NCBI GenBank assembly: GCA_034670305.1
Contig: JAXMNT010000088.1
Coordinates: 1-17,466, forward strand
Length of the DNA: 17,466 nt
Direction: 5' to 3'
From: Deltaproteobacteria bacterium
GTDB lineage: Bacteria > Myxococcota_A > Polyangia > Polyangiales > Houyiibacteriaceae
The notes under the pieces were generated by a model. It had not been told where the DNA came from and searched no databases. It saw only the letters and a program-made list of their open reading frames with translations. A program made the translations under genes and the position numbers. How positions within the stretch are numbered: position 1 is the first letter of the stretch; every line of letters starts with the position of its first letter. This document shows, one piece after another, positions 15,616 through 17,466 of the stretch.

Positions 15616-17205
15616 TCAGCGAATGATCAGGGTGTCGTTCGCGCCGCGGCGGGGCTCCATCGCGCTCGTCTCGGTTGGCTCCGCCCGCATCGCCCGCATC
15701 GTCCGGCGTTTGGTGGGCGCCATGGTCGCGGCCACGGCCTCCATCGTTTCTGCTTCGACCGGTTCTGGTTCGACGGGGGGCTCGACCGGGGTCGGGGGGT
15801 CGACGGTGGTCGGGGGATCGGCTGCGACGGTGGCAGGTTCGGCATTGGTGTCGGTGGGCACCGCAGTGGTGTCCGTGGGAGTGTCTTCGGTCCGCGTCGG
15901 AGCCGCGGCGGTCTCCACCGGCGGTTCCACCTCGGCCTCGCCGTTCGAGCCGCTCCAGTACAGCGCGCCACCGCCCAAGAGCGCGAGGCTGAGGCCACCG
16001 CCGAGCACCGCCATGAGCAGTCGCCGAGACGGACCCTGCGCGCGGGGCGCCACGCTCGTCGGGCTCTCGCTCCACGCCTTCAGGGGCGCGGTCACATCGG
16101 TCGACTCTTCGACTCCGTCGTGTGGCGGGTGGTCCGGATGTTCGTCCGCCAGGGCGCTTGGGAGCGCGCCAGGCGCAGGCGTGGCCAGCGCCTGGGTCGC
16201 AGGACCGGGGGTCGTCTTCTTCGGCGGCGGCCGGACCGAAGGAATGGTCTCCGAGCGGCCGATCTTGAACGCGCGTTCGTCGACCTCTTGGCTGCTCGAA
16301 CGTGGCATCACGGTCACCCGATCCACCCCGAGTCCGCACTCGTCGGCGGCGCGCAGCAGCGCCCGTGCGAACTGGGCCATGGACGCGTAGCGGATCTCGC
16401 GGTTCTCGATCAGCGCGCGATCGACCGCGACCGCGAGCGGCGCTGGGATCGAAGGCTCCACCGCTGCGATCTTGGGTGGGGCGGTGGTGAGGATTTCGGC
16501 GAGCACCGAGGTCGGCGTCTCGCCGTCGAACGGGCGGGTCCCGGTCAATGCTTCGAAGAGCACCACGCCCATCGACCACACGTCCGCGGACGGACCGAGG
16601 TCGGGCAGCGCGCGCACCTGCTCCGGCGACATGTACTCCGGGGTGCCGATCACGGCGCCGGTTTGGGTCGTGAAGTTGCTGTTGCCCTGCACCACTTTCG
16701 CGATTCCGAAGTCCAGCAGCTTCGGCACCCGGCGTCCCTTCGGCGAGCGGCTGATGAAGATGTTGTCCGGTTTGAGATCGCGGTGGACGATGCCTGAGGA
16801 GTGCGCGAGGTCGAGCGCGTCCATCACCGGCAAGAGCAGCTCCAGCGCTTCTTCGGGTTCGAGCATCGGCGTGTGCTCGAGCAAGTCGCTGAATGGTTCA
16901 CCGGTCAGGTACTCGAGCACGAGGTAGACGGTGCCGGTGTCCTTGTCGCGACCCATGTCGAGCACGTCGACCACGTTCGGGTGTTTGAGTCCGGCCGCCG
17001 TGCGCGCCTCTTGCAGGAACCGGCGCGCGATGCCTTCGTCCTGTGCGTACTCGTAGTTGAGGATCTTGATCGCGACTTCGCGCTCGGTCCACAGGTGGCG
17101 GGACTCGTAGATGACCGCCATGCCGCCGCGGCCGAGGATGCGTTCGAGGCGGTACTTGCCGGCGATGTCGGTACCGACGCGCTCCTCGGGGGTCAGGATG
17201 GGCAC
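15616..17205 (-). CDS. Membrane-anchored Hanks-type Ser/Thr protein kinase
   Basis: GRGGMAVI, VAIK, FLQEAR, HRDLKPDN, DFGIAK, GTPEYMSPE and DVWSMG. Transmembrane helix LLMAVLGGGLSLALLGGGALYW, then a Pro/Thr/Glu-rich extracytoplasmic tail. AGGGGG Shine-Dalgarno-like sequence before the GTG. Confidence 0.95.
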   Translation of the reverse strand: MPILTPEERVGTDIAGKYRLERILGRGGMAVIYESRHLWTEREVAIKILNYEYAQDEGIARRFLQEARTAAGLKHPNVVDVLDMGRDKDTGTVYLVLEYLTGEPFSDLLEHTPMLEPEEALELLLPVMDALDLAHSSGIVHRDLKPDNIFISRSPKGRRVPKLLDFGIAKVVQGNSNFTTQTGAVIGTPEYMSPEQVRALPDLGPSADVWSMGVVLFEALTGTRPFDGETPTSVLAEILTTAPPKIAAVEPSIPAPLAVAVDRALIENREIRYASMAQFARALLRAADECGLGVDRVTVMPRSSSQEVDERAFKIGRSETIPSVRPPPKKTTPGPATQALATPAPGALPSALADEHPDHPPHDGVEESTDVTAPLKAWSESPTSVAPRAQGPSRRLLMAVLGGGLSLALLGGGALYWSGSNGEAEVEPPVETAAAPTRTEDTPTDTTAVPTDTNAEPATVAADPPTTVDPPTPVEPPVEPEPVEAETMEAVAATMAPTKRRTMRAMRAEPTETSAMEPRRGANDTLIIR

Positions 17206-17343
17206 GATGCCCCCTGGCGCTCACAACCCACTGTCGGACGAGTCCCCATGCCGCGGGCACCATCGTACCCGATCTGAGCCGCCCCGCCGCCTTTGAACCC
17301 AAGCAGGCAACGATGCACCAAGGCACCTCGGACAACCCGCCTG

Positions 17344-17378
17344 CTCCCTTGCCGTTGCCCTTGCCCGTGCCCTTGCCC
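17344..17378. repeat. CCCTTG/CCCGTG hexamer repeat, same family as the repeat at 195-298
   Basis: CTCCCTTGCCGTTGCCCTTGCCCGTGCCCTTGCCC; its first 16 nt match the reverse complement of 283-298 at 15 positions. Confidence 0.8.
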
Positions 17379-17466
17379 GCGTCGTGGACGCCGTGTGTTT
17401 CGCGACGGCGAGGCGCGAATCGGAGCGCGATGCCCAGCGGACGAAGCCGCCGGGCATCGGTCGGTG

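Noticed and set aside
14216-16579. 787-aa minus-strand ORF linking the kinase, PEGA and lipoprotein genes
   Set aside because: Out of frame with all three real genes and Arg-rich; no slippery-site evidence for programmed frameshifting.
17206-17466. Small CDS at the right edge
   Set aside because: The short ORFs derive from the hexamer repeat and lack coding features; treated as intergenic.

Overview
High-GC bacterial DNA, almost certainly Myxococcota (probably Polyangiales/Sandaracinaceae-like, judged from a MYXO-CTERM protein and a Ser/Thr kinase-TPR/PEGA gene pair). Left to right: the probable 3' end and right terminus of an IS110-family element abutting a REP-like CCCTTG/GGCAAG hairpin; a UDP-glucose/GDP-mannose dehydrogenase; a tandem-GAF class IIIb adenylate cyclase; a TrmB-family regulator; a vWA/Cys-Asp repeat/MYXO-CTERM surface protein; an SNF2 helicase; an isolated SctN/FliI export ATPase; a 27-unit hexamer array; a lycopene cyclase plus CrtV/DUF5914-like Rieske pair; and a minus-strand run of membrane Ser/Thr kinase, TPR-PEGA protein, beta-helix lipoprotein and cytoplasmic kinase. 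The best leads are (i) the kinase/TPR-PEGA/lipoprotein module as a candidate trans-envelope signalling system, (ii) an IS110 apparently inserted in a genomic repeat family, (iii) a -10-like hexamer exactly 6 nt before five start codons, suggesting leaderless mRNAs, and (iv) the orphan SctN. All family calls are from motif recognition by eye; no searches were run.
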